Both the position numbers and the translations under genes were made by a program. The notes under the pieces are model-generated. The model did no database searches, was not told the DNA's origin, and worked only from the letters and a program-made list of their open reading frames with translations. Of a stretch of DNA of 64,000 nt, positions 46,467-58,785 are shown one piece after another (the first letter of the stretch is position 1; every line of letters begins with the position of its first letter). The stretch is from Selaginella moellendorffii (lineage: Eukaryota > Plantae > Lycopodiophyta). The stretch spans positions 1-64,000 of the forward strand of contig NW_003314296.1 in NCBI RefSeq assembly GCF_000143415.4, written 5' to 3'.

Positions 46467-46945
46467 AGGGGAAGAAGAGGGCTGATCCCGAGGATGAGAA
46501 GATGCTGAGCGAGGGTGGCGGGAGCAAAAACAACTATGGGAAAGAATGCAGCCGCGTCAAAAGCACGAAGCCAAAGTCTACGATCGAGAAAGTTTTCCCG
46601 GGCAAGAGAAATACCCAACTCGACATGAAGAATCAAGTGAAGAACACCGCCAAGAAGGTGAAGAAAGTCGTGGAAAAGGTGGCGGACACTGCCAAAGAAG
46701 GGCTCGAAACCGCAAAGAAGAAGGCCGGAGACGCTGCGAAGAAAGTGAAGAAAGGTGGCGGCGGTGGAGGTGGAAAGAAAGGTGGCGGCGGTGGCGGAAA
46801 GAAGAAAGGTGGTGGCGGCGATGGTGGCGGGAAGAAGAAGGGTGGCGGCGGTGGTGGGGGCGGCGAGAAGAAGAAAGGTGGCGGTGGTGGTGGCGGCGGC
46901 GGCGGGAAGAAGAAGGGCGGCGGAGGAGGAAAGAAGAAGAAGTGA
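46467..46945 (+). CDS. Lys/Gly-rich low-complexity hydrophilic protein
   Basis: LEA-like K/A/E helix followed by repeated KKKGGGGG units ending KKKK*. Start codon uncertain (46448/46467/46502). Confidence 0.55.
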
Positions 46946-47499
46946 AGAGGAGAGTTTTGGCTAAGTTTTTCGTGCGAATGAATATATTTTGTGCCTTCTT
47001 TTAGGGTTCTTCGAGGGTTTTAGCGCAGTTCGTGGCACATTTAGGTTTCTTTGGAATGAATGAGGCGCATTGCGCGACAATGCGCCATCGCTAGAACAGC
47101 TTCGAGCATTCCTGGCGCCTCCAGGATCGAAGAGGTAGCTACATTTTGATTTTTGTCAAGATTTTTGCAATGGATTCTTCGTTCTTGTTCTTCCAGCCGA
47201 GCGCGTTTTTTAGGCCGGGATATTCTCCATCAGAGGTATGTTGAGACACGATTTTTAAAGGACAAGGCGAAACGAGAAAGAAATCCTTGCAGCACTCGAG
47301 CGAATTTCTGGATGAGAGCTTGGCTTCCACGAGGACAAAGACGAAGGTAAGATAAGCTTGTAGGCTCTGAATTCTCACCTCTTTCTTGTGAATCACAGAG
47401 CTCAACTAAATCCACAGCAAGAAAAAAGCTCGACTCGAGAGAGGTGAGTCGAGTTTCACCACTTTTACCTATATCCTTTTCAAAGAAAAACTGTGCTTC

Positions 47500-49902
47500 G
47501 TGTTCCAGCATTCGAATGGACTTTCAGCAAAGATGGGCTCACAAAAACACGAGAGAAAATGCGTGTTCATGGCCGGATTGAAGTCATGCTCCGCCTCCAA
47601 GGACGTCGAGAAAGGACGAAAAATCCACCGCGATGCCATCGACGCCGGCCACGAATCCGACTTGTTTGTTGCCACAGCACTGGTGGACATGTACGCGAAC
47701 TGTGGCAGCATGGTAGAAGCTCGCAAAGTTTTCGACAATATGCTCCACCGCGACGTGGTTTCATGGAACGCGCTCATCCTCGGCTACGTCGAGAATGGAA
47801 ACAGCGAAGAGGCTCTGCGGCTGTTCGACGCCATGCAAGCTTCCAAGCGATGCTCACCGAGCTCCAGGACTTTCGTTGCGGTGCTCATGGCCTACACACA
47901 CCAGGCGACCAGAAACCAGGCTCGCCAGCTCGAGTTTCTAGAGAGCGGCATGGCTCTTTACTCCCGCGCTGGCTCTCACGCAAACAACTTCGTCGCCGCG
48001 GCTCTGGTGGCTCTCTGTGCAAAGTGTGGGGGCATGCAACAAGCCCGGAAAGTTTTCGACACCGTAGCTCGCCCCGACGTGAGCTTGTGGAACGTTTACA
48101 TTCTCGGCTATGTGGAGAACGGGGAGAACGACGAAGCTCTGAGGCTTTTCTATAGGATGCAGCCGGGACCGAACGCTAGAACTGTCATGGCAGCTCTCCT
48201 GGCTTGCGGGAACTTAGCAGCACAGGAAGAAGGAATCAGGATCGACGGGATGAACTTAAAGGTGGAAGCGTTGCGGCAGGGTGTGGCTGTTCACTCGGTA
48301 GCTCGGAGGCACGGTTGTGACTCGCACAACTTCGTTGGGAACTGCTTGATCGACATGTACTCGAGGTGTGGCAGCGTGGTGGAAGCTCGCAGAGTGTTCG
48401 ACAGCATGTCGAGCAAGACAGTCATCACTTGGACGGCGATGATGGTCGGATACGAGCTAAACTCCGAGGCGGAGCTGGCTTTGGAGCTGTTTTCACTGAT
48501 GAGAAGCGGTCCGGAAGCTTGTGAGCCGGACGAGCGAGCGGTGGTGGCAGCTCTCACGGCTTGCGCGAGCTTGGCTGGCAAAGAAATCGGGCAGCTCATC
48601 GATGGAAAGAAGCTTGTCAAGGTGGAGAGCTTGGAAAAGGGGATGGCTATTCACTCGCGGTCGCGAAACATGGATATCTTCATCGCCACCTCTCTCGTTG
48701 ACATGTACGCAAAGTGTGGGAGCCTAGAGGACGCTCGCAGAGTTTTTTACGCCATGGCTCACCACGACGTGGCGTCATGGAACGTTCTTATCACCGGCCA
48801 TGCGGAAGGTGGTGAAAGCGAGAGAGCTCTCGAGTTTTACGATCGGATGCAAGCTCAAGGCATATGTGCTCCAAACGCGACGACTTTGGTAGCGGCTCTC
48901 ACTGCCTGCATCGACATCGCAGCGAAAGAAGAAGGGAACACCGACGAGTCAGGGAAAGGCGTGAGATCCAGCTGCTTGGAGAGAGGAACAGCTTTGCATC
49001 GCCAGGGAAAGCAACTGGATTGCGAGTCGGACATCTCCGTAGCAAACGCTCTACTCGAGATGTACGCGAGGTGTGGTAGGCTGGAGGAGCTGTGGGTGGT
49101 TTTTAACTCCATGCCATGCCGGAACGTCTCGGCCTGGACGGCTCTTATACTGGGCCACGTAGAAAACGGCGAGGCCAAGGCAGCACTGGAACTCTTCGAG
49201 CGAATGCAGGTGGAAGATCAGTGCTCTCCAAAAGTTTGGACGTTTTCCTGCGCTTTCAGGGCCTGCCTGATGCTGCTCGACTTGCGAGCCGGGAAAGTTC
49301 TCCACGCTGCTGCATGCCGGAGGGGGCTCGAGGATTCTCTGACGCTAGAGACGCTGCTCATGGATTTCTACGGGAAGTGTGGCAAGGCCTCTCAAGCTCA
49401 GCACGTCTTCGACTCGCGACTCACAAGGGACTCGCTAAGTTGGAACTCGCTGATATCGGGCTACAGCCTTCAAGGCGACTCCGAGCGTGTTTTCGAGCTC
49501 TTCCATGAGATGCTACTGGATCACGAGAGTGTCGCAGTGACGGCCGCCACCTTCGTCTCGGTTCTCACCACCTGCAGCCATGCCGGACTCGTCGACGATG
49601 GCAAGAAGTTTTTCCACTCGATGCGGTCCAGGCACGGGATGGAACCGGGGCTCGAGCACTACAATTGCATGGTCGACATGCTCGGCCGGGCAAACAGGTT
49701 TGACGAAGCAGTCGAGATGGTGAAGACAATGCCGCACGAAGCAACGGCACTGACTTGGAGGACTCTTTTATCGGCGTGTCAGACTTGGAAGAATGTCGAG
49801 GTGGGAAAGCTTGCGTTTGAGGCTCTGGTGAAGCTGGACGAGAGCGATTCGGCGGGATATGTTTTGATGTCAAACATCTACTCGAGCCAAAGCAGCAGCT
49901 GA
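47500..49902 (+). CDS. PLS-class PPR protein with E domain, no DYW
   Basis: 800-aa ORF of PLS repeats; EHYNCMVDMLGRAN; TWRTLLSAC..SAGYVLMSNIY. Possible short upstream exons at 47170-47445. Confidence 0.92.
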   Translation: MFQHSNGLSAKMGSQKHERKCVFMAGLKSCSASKDVEKGRKIHRDAIDAGHESDLFVATALVDMYANCGSMVEARKVFDNMLHRDVVSWNALILGYVENGNSEEALRLFDAMQASKRCSPSSRTFVAVLMAYTHQATRNQARQLEFLESGMALYSRAGSHANNFVAAALVALCAKCGGMQQARKVFDTVARPDVSLWNVYILGYVENGENDEALRLFYRMQPGPNARTVMAALLACGNLAAQEEGIRIDGMNLKVEALRQGVAVHSVARRHGCDSHNFVGNCLIDMYSRCGSVVEARRVFDSMSSKTVITWTAMMVGYELNSEAELALELFSLMRSGPEACEPDERAVVAALTACASLAGKEIGQLIDGKKLVKVESLEKGMAIHSRSRNMDIFIATSLVDMYAKCGSLEDARRVFYAMAHHDVASWNVLITGHAEGGESERALEFYDRMQAQGICAPNATTLVAALTACIDIAAKEEGNTDESGKGVRSSCLERGTALHRQGKQLDCESDISVANALLEMYARCGRLEELWVVFNSMPCRNVSAWTALILGHVENGEAKAALELFERMQVEDQCSPKVWTFSCAFRACLMLLDLRAGKVLHAAACRRGLEDSLTLETLLMDFYGKCGKASQAQHVFDSRLTRDSLSWNSLISGYSLQGDSERVFELFHEMLLDHESVAVTAATFVSVLTTCSHAGLVDDGKKFFHSMRSRHGMEPGLEHYNCMVDMLGRANRFDEAVEMVKTMPHEATALTWRTLLSACQTWKNVEVGKLAFEALVKLDESDSAGYVLMSNIYSSQSSS

Positions 49903-51071
49903 GTGAGTAAGTTTTCTGTTTTTGATCTTCTTTCTACTCAGTGGAGTGACTTCTTTTTTCTTTATCTTTTGCAGCGAAGATTCTACTTTTGGGAAAGAGG
50001 AAAAAGTGAACAGCGAGGACGAAATTTGGACAAAGCTCTTGATTTTCCAAAGTTTTGTGCCGCTGCAGTTTTATCCGAGCCATCCATTCCTCTTTCGTGA
50101 ACAATTCTTTGACTTTGGGGAGGCGAAATTCGGTAAGCTTTCGTATTCGTCTTGATTTGTTTTGTCTTTGACAGTCGCTCTGTGCGAAAGTTGTTGATAG
50201 AACTCAATGGAGTGTGAACTGGAGGTTTTGAAAGAAAAGGTGTCACGAGGTGGGGATCGATCCAATTTAACCGCAACAACCTCTCGTGATCGCTTTGATT
50301 CCAGCAGAAGACTCGCTCGGCTCGGCACCACGATCAGCCTCCTCGAGCTGGACAAAAATGTTATGTTTGTGTTCGAGCATCCGTTTCACACAGCTCTTTC
50401 GTTCCAAAAGGTGCGCCTCTCTCTCTTTCGTACAAAAAAGTTTCTTGTTAGTTCTCTCACCACTCTCTCCTCTCGCCACCTAACAGGGAAATCCAACTAA
50501 CTCGATCAGTCAGTCCATCTCATGCTAAAAACTTCCATTGATTTCGATCACCAAACTCTTGTAAGTGGCAGGCAGCAGTGCCCCATCGCATGGTCTTAAA
50601 ATCCTTCACTGTCTTCTCGTTTTGCAGAATTTTTTTCCTTCTCATCGTCGACAAATTCTAATTCCTTTCTGATTCTACAGGCAGGGAATCTCGACAGTAC
50701 CCAAAAGAAGGTTGCGAGAAAACAAGCTTCGAGAACTTCCCCAGGTTTGCTTCCCTTTCCTTTCGTAAAAGTCGGCAAGAACAGAGTGATTTTTGACAAT
50801 CAGCAACAACCAGGGATTTTTCTTTTCTCTCCCTCTCTCGCTCTCTCTCCTCTTTTTTCCCTCCTTTATACCAACAGCTTGAATGCTCGACCTGTGTGGC
50901 TTTAGTATTTATTGCCATACTCCCAAGTACCATTTCTAGTGTGTGAAACACCCAGAACTCAACTGGGTGCATTTTTTCCCTTCCTTTTTTTCCCTTCTCC
51001 GTTCCCTTTTCTCTTTTCAGATACAACACAAGCATCTTCTGCCTCTGCTCTCGTTCTCTAGTTTTTTGAAA

Positions 51072-52756
51072 ATGGCGGCTGATTTCTCGTTGTGCCGACA
51101 GTTAAGGCAGCAAATTTTACTAAGATTTCTCCCCCTGATCGTCGCAGTTGTCTTGCAACAACGGGAGCCAGCAGCACTAGCAGTTGCTCCACCAGCGCAG
51201 AGGATCGAAAGGAGCGATGGTCTGTGCAGGCAGCTGGTTCATCCATACAGCTACGACTGCCAGGAGTACATGGTAAAATTTGAAGTTTGCAGAGGGAAGT
51301 CTAACTAAGCTTTGGGTCTGTGAATCAGGTGACAACGGAGGACAGTTTTCTTCTTGGTGTCCAGAGGATCAAGAGTCCAAAGTCTCCTGCAAGCCGAGGC
51401 CCTGTCTTCTTGTATCATGGAGTTCTTATCGTAAGTTCCATTTTCCTCCTGGTTACTCTTCTTTTCTCTTTTTCATTTTGTTGTTTTGTTCTTGTAGGGT
51501 GGTGATATCTGGGTGCTCAATCCTCCCTCTGAATCTTTGCCATATATCCTCGCAGATGCCGGTTATGATGTGTGGCTTGGAAACACGCGCACTACAAGCT
51601 TCAGTTACGGCCATGTTTCTTACAGGAGAAGCGATCAAGTGAGTGTTCTCTCTCGAAAGTTTTATGTGACGAAACAATCTTTTCTTGCAGGGCTTCTGGG
51701 ACTGGAGTGTGGATGAATTGTCACGGTATGACCTCTCTGCGATGATCAAGCATACGTATGCCGTCACTGGCAGGCAGATCAAGTTCATTGGGTATTCCGA
51801 GGTATCCAGCACTCTTTTCTCTTTTCTTTTAGTTTCGGCTTTTTTCTCCACAACCAGGGAACACAAGCAGCATTTGCAGCATTCTCTCAAGGCCAATTGG
51901 TAGAATACATCGAGAAGGCAGTAATGCTCGCTCCCATCGCTTATCTACACCATTTTACTTCACCTATCGGACTTGCCGGCATAGCCATACAACTTGATAA
52001 GGTAGAATCGACCCGTTTTTTTAACTTTGCACTGAATGGCTTTTCATTAAGGTTCTCGACTTTTGCAGATTTATGACGCTCTTCATATCTATCAGTTCAG
52101 CCTCACCTATCGCTCGTAAGCTTTCGGAAGTTCGTGTGTCACTCATAGTTTTTCTGCTCCAAAACAGACGGACTGGAAAGCAGCTCCTGGATTACCTCTG
52201 CCCAAACAACATCAACTTCTGCCAGAAGAACTGGATCACACTTCTCACTGGTATGTAATCTTCCTTTCCATGAATTTCACTCAGATCTTCCAAAACAGGG
52301 AACAATTGCTGCTTGAACAACAGCCGATGGGAATTCTACGACAACTACGAGCTCCAAGACACCTCCGCCAAGAACATGAAGCACTTCGCACAGCGTAAGC
52401 TCAGAAAAGTGTTCCCTTCCAATTTTCCGGGAAACAAATGCTTGTATCGTACAGAGTACCGTACGCAGACCTTCTGCAAGTTTGACTATGGCGCGACCGA
52501 GAACTTCCGGCGGTACCGGTCAAAGTCGCCGCCCTCGTACGACTTGACCGGCATCCCGAGTCAACTCCCCTTGCTCCTCATCAACGGCGGGCGTGACGCG
52601 CTCTCGGATCCAACGGACGTGGATCGCCTAATCGCGGAGCTCCCCTCGCGCCCACAGCACCTCTTTATTCCCGACTATGCCCATTTTGATTTCGTGCTTG
52701 GCCTCAATGCCAAGGACAAGGTGTACGGTCGGGTACTCTCCTTTTTCGCTGGGTGA
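51072..52756 (+). CDS. Acid/triacylglycerol lipase (AB-hydrolase lipase, LIP1-like; multi-exon)
   Basis: LCRQLV..YDCQEYMVTTEDSFLLGVQRI, PVFLYHG, LADAGYDVWLGNTR, FWDWSVDEL, GYSE|GT nucleophile elbow across an intron, GGRDALSD, YAHFDFVLG. Confidence 0.9.
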
Positions 52757-54928
52757 CACGTGGCACCCTGTGAAGGCTTTTCGTTCTCCCGCGGCTGCGC
52801 CAGGAAGTGTGAGACTTTCTTTGTTTGCAGATCCTTCGAGGGGATCTACTGGGAGTTGCCAGTTTCTCTGGCGATCTGGAGTGAGATAATCGGCTCCATC
52901 TTGCTGCAATGGAGGAACCGATTCAAACATGTTTGTGGCCACTGAAATGTAGCTCCTGTTACTTTTTGCTCTGAGCCTTTTAGCTAGTTCAATTAAGATG
53001 GCATATGGTGGCAATGTATAAATATTTAACCAACTTAATTCAGGGATGTCAACTTAATTCTATAGTACTATGATTAATTTGTTGTCCAACTAAGTAATAT
53101 TTAAAAAAAAAACATTTTGTACATGATAAATCATTTTCATAGATTTTTTGAATATCTCAAACAAAACAATCCATTCAACATATACAAATAAATCTATCTA
53201 ATAGTTTTGTTAAAAGTATTTTATACTTTTGTAGTGCTTATTAGTTAATAACTTAATTATTAAAAGTATCAACACTCTATTAAATATTTATAAAAGATTA
53301 TTAAAACTTATATATGTTTTAAAAAATTAAATATTTTATTTTATATAAATTTTTCAAAGCTCTATATTTAATATCAAAGTAAAATAAATTTATTCAATTA
53401 TTGAAATTTCAACATATTTCTATTTAATTTTTATTATTGAAATACATAAAACACTATATTAGTAAGTTTTTTTGAAAACTTAATGGCATAAAGCCTCCCC
53501 ATTTTTTTGTTTTCTATATAACATTATTAGTTATTATTTTAATTGTAGAATATTATAAAACAAATTTAGATATATAATATACAAATAAAATAAACACTTT
53601 ATACCATAAAAACTTTAGAATAATAAACTTATATAAAGGCAAATTTGTTGGCAAATATGTAGGATACACTTGTGAAATTTAAGTAATGATAACCTTTATT
53701 TGATCAAGTCAAAAACCATGGTAAGAAAACAAACTTTTGCCAAAAATATTTTCTCAATTTTAACTGTTCAACATAAATCAAGCTCTCTTCCACATGTAGA
53801 TCTCCTCTTCCAATCATGCTTCCTCAATATTAATTAGTTTACTTGGACTCAGACTCGGACTTGGTCTCAATCTCAGTCTCGACTATGGCCTCGAACTCAA
53901 TCTTGGTTTCAGTATTAGTTTTTTGTTTTTAAATATAAAAAATTGGTAATAAGTTTTTGGTGTGGACTATTATTAATATATATATATATATATACTAACT
54001 ATTGATATAAGTTTCAAAATATATATATATTTACAGGAGTAAAATTGATATATTTTAAAATTAAATTAACAAATTCATGAACATATATATTAAAACTAGT
54101 TAAAAATTATTTATAATACCATCAATTTAAATTTTTTTATTTTGTTACTATTATTTATGTTAAAGCATTAGAAAGTGAACATTCATTGTTATTAATTATA
54201 AAAGTGTAGAGATCTAAATATAAATCATTTTCTGAAATTATATTTAGAAAAGATTTAGCTTTGTTTTTTCAATAATGTTTTTAATCTTTTAATATAATAT
54301 AATAAATCACATTTATAAGTTTCTTTGATAAAAATATTATGATAAATAAAATTAAATATTTATTTTCTCACTAGTTTAGTTGAGGAATATTTATATTGTT
54401 TTTATGTATATATTTATAACTTTAATATAAATAACAGTTTTATATATAACCTTTCGATTTCTTTATAATAGTTTTGTCATTTTCCTTATCTGTGAATATG
54501 GATATTATAATTAGCTTACTTGACATCTTTTTACTTTTGTAAAAATTTCTTTTTTGTATGCAATCATTGGTAAATCCATGCAATGAGAGATATTTTCATT
54601 GATAGTGATAAAAAAATTGATGGGTATAAAATTAATTTTTTACTTGATTTTAAAGCGAAATAAAAATTGATCAAATTATGAATATATGGCCTCATTACAT
54701 CTATCTAATCTCCCTAGAACCCTAAATAACAAATAAATATAAATATGAATAAAAAATAAATTTTGATATCTATGTTGGAGGTTAAAATATTCAAATATTA
54801 TACAGCTTGCATAGATAAACAATAAAACTTTTCATAAAAATTACAAAAAAGTTTTTGCTTATCTTTATGCATATTTCTAGAATATTATAATAACAATAAT
54901 TCTTCACTTTACAATGTCCTAAAAAATA

Positions 54929-54955
54929 ACAATAATAATAATAATAATAATAATA
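54929..54955. repeat. (AAT)n microsatellite in AT-rich intergenic DNA
   Basis: aataataataataat... run. Confidence 0.8.
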
Positions 54956-55299
54956 GAAAAATTGTGATATTCTGGCAAACCATTACCTTTAAATATGGAC
55001 ATGTGTAAAATTAGGGCACTGATTAAAGTGAAATAACTTGTTGACCTTCATGCATTCCATCAAAGAGGGCCTTGGCTTAGTCAACATGCCACTCTTCTTC
55101 TGCTCAAGGCATCCTTGTTCTCTTGTGAATAATTTGCTTTCTAGCAAGATACACAGACCTACTAAATGTTTTTATAACCATCACCTCATAAGTTATTCAC
55201 GAAAAGGGTGCAGTTTGTGAGTATGAAGGGGAAGAGTGGTTGGGGCTTGATCACAACGCAATGCATTTATTATGTGAGGGAGAGCTCGCTCATTGTCTA

Positions 55300-55652
55300 C
55301 TTTTACTCATGAATCCCTTGGCACCAAAGTTTGGAATCACTTTCATTCAAATTAAATGTAAGGAATGGAAAATGATAAAAGGTTTATGATGCTAGCAAAG
55401 TTAACACAGCACCACGAACTCCATGGAAATCTTCTAGTTAAGTTTTGGGAGCTTCGACTCCTCCTGGACGGAGATGATCCATGTGTGTAGTGTATCTACG
55501 TCGCCCTTGGTCAATCTCTTGCCAAAGAGTCGAAAACAGTGAGCTTTGTTACTTCTGGGGCCTCCACATTGTGTTTGAAGAAGATGTGGAATCCATTTGA
55601 TCGCAAGAATCCTTGCCCAAAAGATCCGAATCGTCGACAGCTTCATCGCCAA
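55300..55652 (-). pseudogene. Degenerate B3-domain gene remnant
   Basis: LFGKRLTKGDVDTLHTWIISVQEESKLP parallels LFGKKLTASDVNSLHRLLIPVKYESMLP of the 45097-45876 gene, then stops. Confidence 0.6.
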
Positions 55653-56040
55653 CCCATCCTCTTTTAAACCCGTAACTTATATAATCCCTTTAACTAACTA
55701 CCTATAGCCTTTTGCTTTCCCATTTATAGTTACTTACTAAAAATAACTAACCCTCGCATTTCTAGGGTTCTTGGATCGGCTATTTCGGAATCGCGAGGTG
55801 AGCGCTGTGATTTCCTGGCATTCTCCTGATTGGTAGCTCTGGATCGCCTGGCGAGGGCTGTATTTCGTAGGATTTCTCGCGTTTCTTGGATCCTTTCATG
55901 TGAATCTTGCCGGAGCTTCATCACTGGGATAGATAGAGCGTATGAGCTTCTTGATCGTTAATGTCTGTGGAGGATAGGACGAGATCCCGGCATTGTTCTA
56001 TCACACTGCTCACGTTATTTATATTTAATCCACAGATGAT

Positions 56041-57282
56041 TCAAGGAGTAACCAGGAACTCGGGGCTGGCAAGCAAATTCTCCCTCTCCTCCTCACGAAG
56101 CTGGATGACAACGGTCATGGTTCCATCTCTCGACCACGGGAGAAAGACGACGGTATCGGCCAATCTCACTCCAGGGCTGGTGACAAGCACAGGCTTCCCG
56201 CATCCAAATTCCAGCTCGTACAGAGAAAATCGAGCCCAGCTGGTAAGCACGATTGGTTCCGACCACAGTGATGGAATCATGTCGACGTTGTGCTGCTGCT
56301 GGATCCAATCCAAGAACCCGCCGATGTAATCGCCTGATACGTTCTGGATGGCGTCGTGGACAATCTTTGTGGCAAAAGACAGTGGTTTTGCCACCAGCTC
56401 GTCAGCTTGAGCGATGGCTTGAGCGGAGAAAGTCGCGTTTCCAAAGTACTCCTTGGGAAGACCTGGAAGTCGAGTCCTTCCATCCACAGGTATGACAAGC
56501 TTGGCTTCCTTCCACGCTTTTTTGCGAAGCTTGGTGCTGTATTTCCAGATGTGAGCTGCCAAGACTTCGAAGCGGGTGTAGTTTCCATCGCATTGGTCCT
56601 TCAAAACTTGCATCTGGCTGCTGGTGAAGCGAAACATGCAAGGCTTGATCTTGGCAGAGGTCTTGAAAAGAGAAGTATAATCCTGGTCATACTCTAGAGC
56701 CGGCGAGGTCTTGCTGGAGTTGAAGAAGGAACGATCGAAACAGGGAGGGTGAACGAGATCATGGCCTCCTGAAGCGAAGTGAGACCACGTCTTCATGAAC
56801 AGGTCCATGGCAGCTCCATCTCCAACACTGTGATGCATCGCTACGCCCAAGCTCCAGCCTCCGCATTTAAATCTTGTCAACTGGACGAGCAGTAGAGGAA
56901 CTTCCGTGACATCTTCGGCTGGAAACTCGCCACAGGGACACAGGGCATTGCAGCGTGACTCCTCAAAGCTCTCCAGCTTTTCATCCATAGATGCCTCGAA
57001 GAAGTCAACTCCACGATCGTTGCATTCCAGCTCGAGGCCTTTGTCGCCGGGGAGGAGTCGATAGCGGCCTGCCAAAGGATAACACACGGACAGTGCTCCG
57101 GACAGGGATTTCTTGAGACTTTCCGAGGACAGTGGCTGATCCTGAGGTGGTGCAAACAGCAAGACAAACGTTATGTAGTTGCGAGCTGAGATTTGATCGA
57201 GGACACACAGAGCTATCGGCTCCCGTGCTGGAGAAGGAAGCTTTGGCTTGATGATATCGTGCTGCCTGGACTCGAACTTCAT
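56041..57282 (-). CDS. BAHD acyltransferase (HCT/transferase family), intronless
   Basis: LKKSLSGALSVCYPLAGR, PLLLVQLTRFKCGG, HHSVGDG (HxxxD), YFGNA, and EFGCGKP (DFGWG variant). Confidence 0.93.
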   Translation of the reverse strand: MKFESRQHDIIKPKLPSPAREPIALCVLDQISARNYITFVLLFAPPQDQPLSSESLKKSLSGALSVCYPLAGRYRLLPGDKGLELECNDRGVDFFEASMDEKLESFEESRCNALCPCGEFPAEDVTEVPLLLVQLTRFKCGGWSLGVAMHHSVGDGAAMDLFMKTWSHFASGGHDLVHPPCFDRSFFNSSKTSPALEYDQDYTSLFKTSAKIKPCMFRFTSSQMQVLKDQCDGNYTRFEVLAAHIWKYSTKLRKKAWKEAKLVIPVDGRTRLPGLPKEYFGNATFSAQAIAQADELVAKPLSFATKIVHDAIQNVSGDYIGGFLDWIQQQHNVDMIPSLWSEPIVLTSWARFSLYELEFGCGKPVLVTSPGVRLADTVVFLPWSRDGTMTVVIQLREEERENLLASPEFLVTP

Positions 57283-57782
57283 GGCTACTTGACATCGTCT
57301 GTGGAGGTCTCCGCCTATAATTTATACAAGGTTTGCCATGTCTTTAGCACTTTGGGATCGCTACTGTTTGAGATTCTGACCGTCTGCTGGCACGAATCTC
57401 GAGAAGTCAAAGATGTTCTTCCAAGGACACCAGATCTTACCACTTTTCTCTGAAGCAATGTAGTGCATATCCGGTGGTTCTCAATCAACGTTGTGGAGTG
57501 GAAAAAGTACGAAAAAGCTACTCGAGCTGTAAGATATTCCCGTGTCCTTGAGTTCATACTAAAATGATTCCAGGAAAGTCCTTTCTTGTATCGTGGCGGG
57601 CCATTGTTTCCGTAGCTTTTGTGGAGTCCTTCACTTCGTGCAACATCAAAAGACGAGAGAAATCGATAAACAAAGGCAGATAGTCATCCATGGGCGGCGA
57701 TCGAAGAAAACAAACCAAAAGCTTGCATTTGTTTAGTCCGTTAGTCTTTCTCTTGATGGCAACGAACTAATAAAGAACAAAA

Positions 57783-58511
57783 TCACTTTTTTACTTGCGC
57801 AGCTGCATCGAATCGAGTGGAAAACTGATAGATGAGAAAAAAATCTATCGCGACGAAAAAGACTGGGAGCATCCATGGCCGTGAACTCCAGGAATAATCC
57901 GCGGACGAGAGTATCAGTGGTGTAGGGGGCATGAAACTTGGAGGTGGTGACAAAGAGCTCGCTGCCAAAGAAACTGGAAAGTCATTGATGGTGCCGAGCA
58001 TCAAGGAAAAGGAAACAGGCAATAAACAGGGACTTCGAAGAAGAACAGTTCATCGATCCAGAGAACGCAAGAGGTTTGATCAGGCAATCGAGCAAAAGAC
58101 CAGGAACTAACGAAGGAACTTTGGATCCATTCCAGGACTGGAAGGAAGAAGAGCGAGAGGAAGTTTACCTTGGATGTTGCAAGTGGAAGAGGGATCAAAG
58201 ACTGCGAGGCTGCAGAGCTTGGGAAGATCGAGCATGGCGAGTGTCACATTGTCTCTCGCGACGCCCGAGGCCATGGGCTCGAGATCGCAGGCGCAGCTCG
58301 CATTGGATCGGACGACGTGCTCAAGACCCGTGCAGCAATCGTCCGATGGAGCCGCCTGGCGGGCCTGGACGTAAGGTACGCACGGCGAGAGCAGCGGTTG
58401 GAGCGATTGACAGTCCTCCACCGCCGGGCCGGAGGGAGCGATCGCGTCTGCACGAATGCTGCCCAGCGCCAGAGGAGGAAGAAGAAGAACAAGAGCATGA
58501 AGAAGATTCAT
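57783..58511 (-). CDS. Non-specific lipid-transfer protein, GPI-anchored type (LTPG/xylogen-like)
   Basis: Signal peptide from ATG 58511; eight-Cys motif C..C..CC..CxC..C..C; intron after the last Cys (gtaaac at ~58168); Ser/Pro-rich and hydrophobic final exon. The 3' exon structure is uncertain. Confidence 0.8.
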
Positions 58512-58785
58512 GGCTTTGCTTTTCCCCTTTCGGAAATTAGGGCTCTTTCCTTTAAGCCTTTGAAGTTTGAATGTTGACCAGACCGTTTCTTGGACCGAAT
58601 ACAAAATAATCTCTCTCTAGAAATTTTTACTCGGGACCTTTATTGGTCACCGCATTTAAATAAGAGCATTTTTGTGTTAGGAATAAGTTTTAGTTTACAT
58701 TATGGAATTTGTGTTGTTCGTATTATTTCTTTTTATTTAAGTTTTTTTTTCCTACTTACTAATTAATTTTACAAAACTTTTGCAG

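Noticed and set aside
49903-50500. Short ORFs downstream of the PPR gene
   Set aside because: Possibly 3' UTR exons or alternative splicing; cannot be supported without transcripts.
53845-53910. Degenerate hexamer repeat (gactca/gactcg/gtctca)
   Set aside because: Short low-complexity tract; no spacers or structure, not CRISPR-like.
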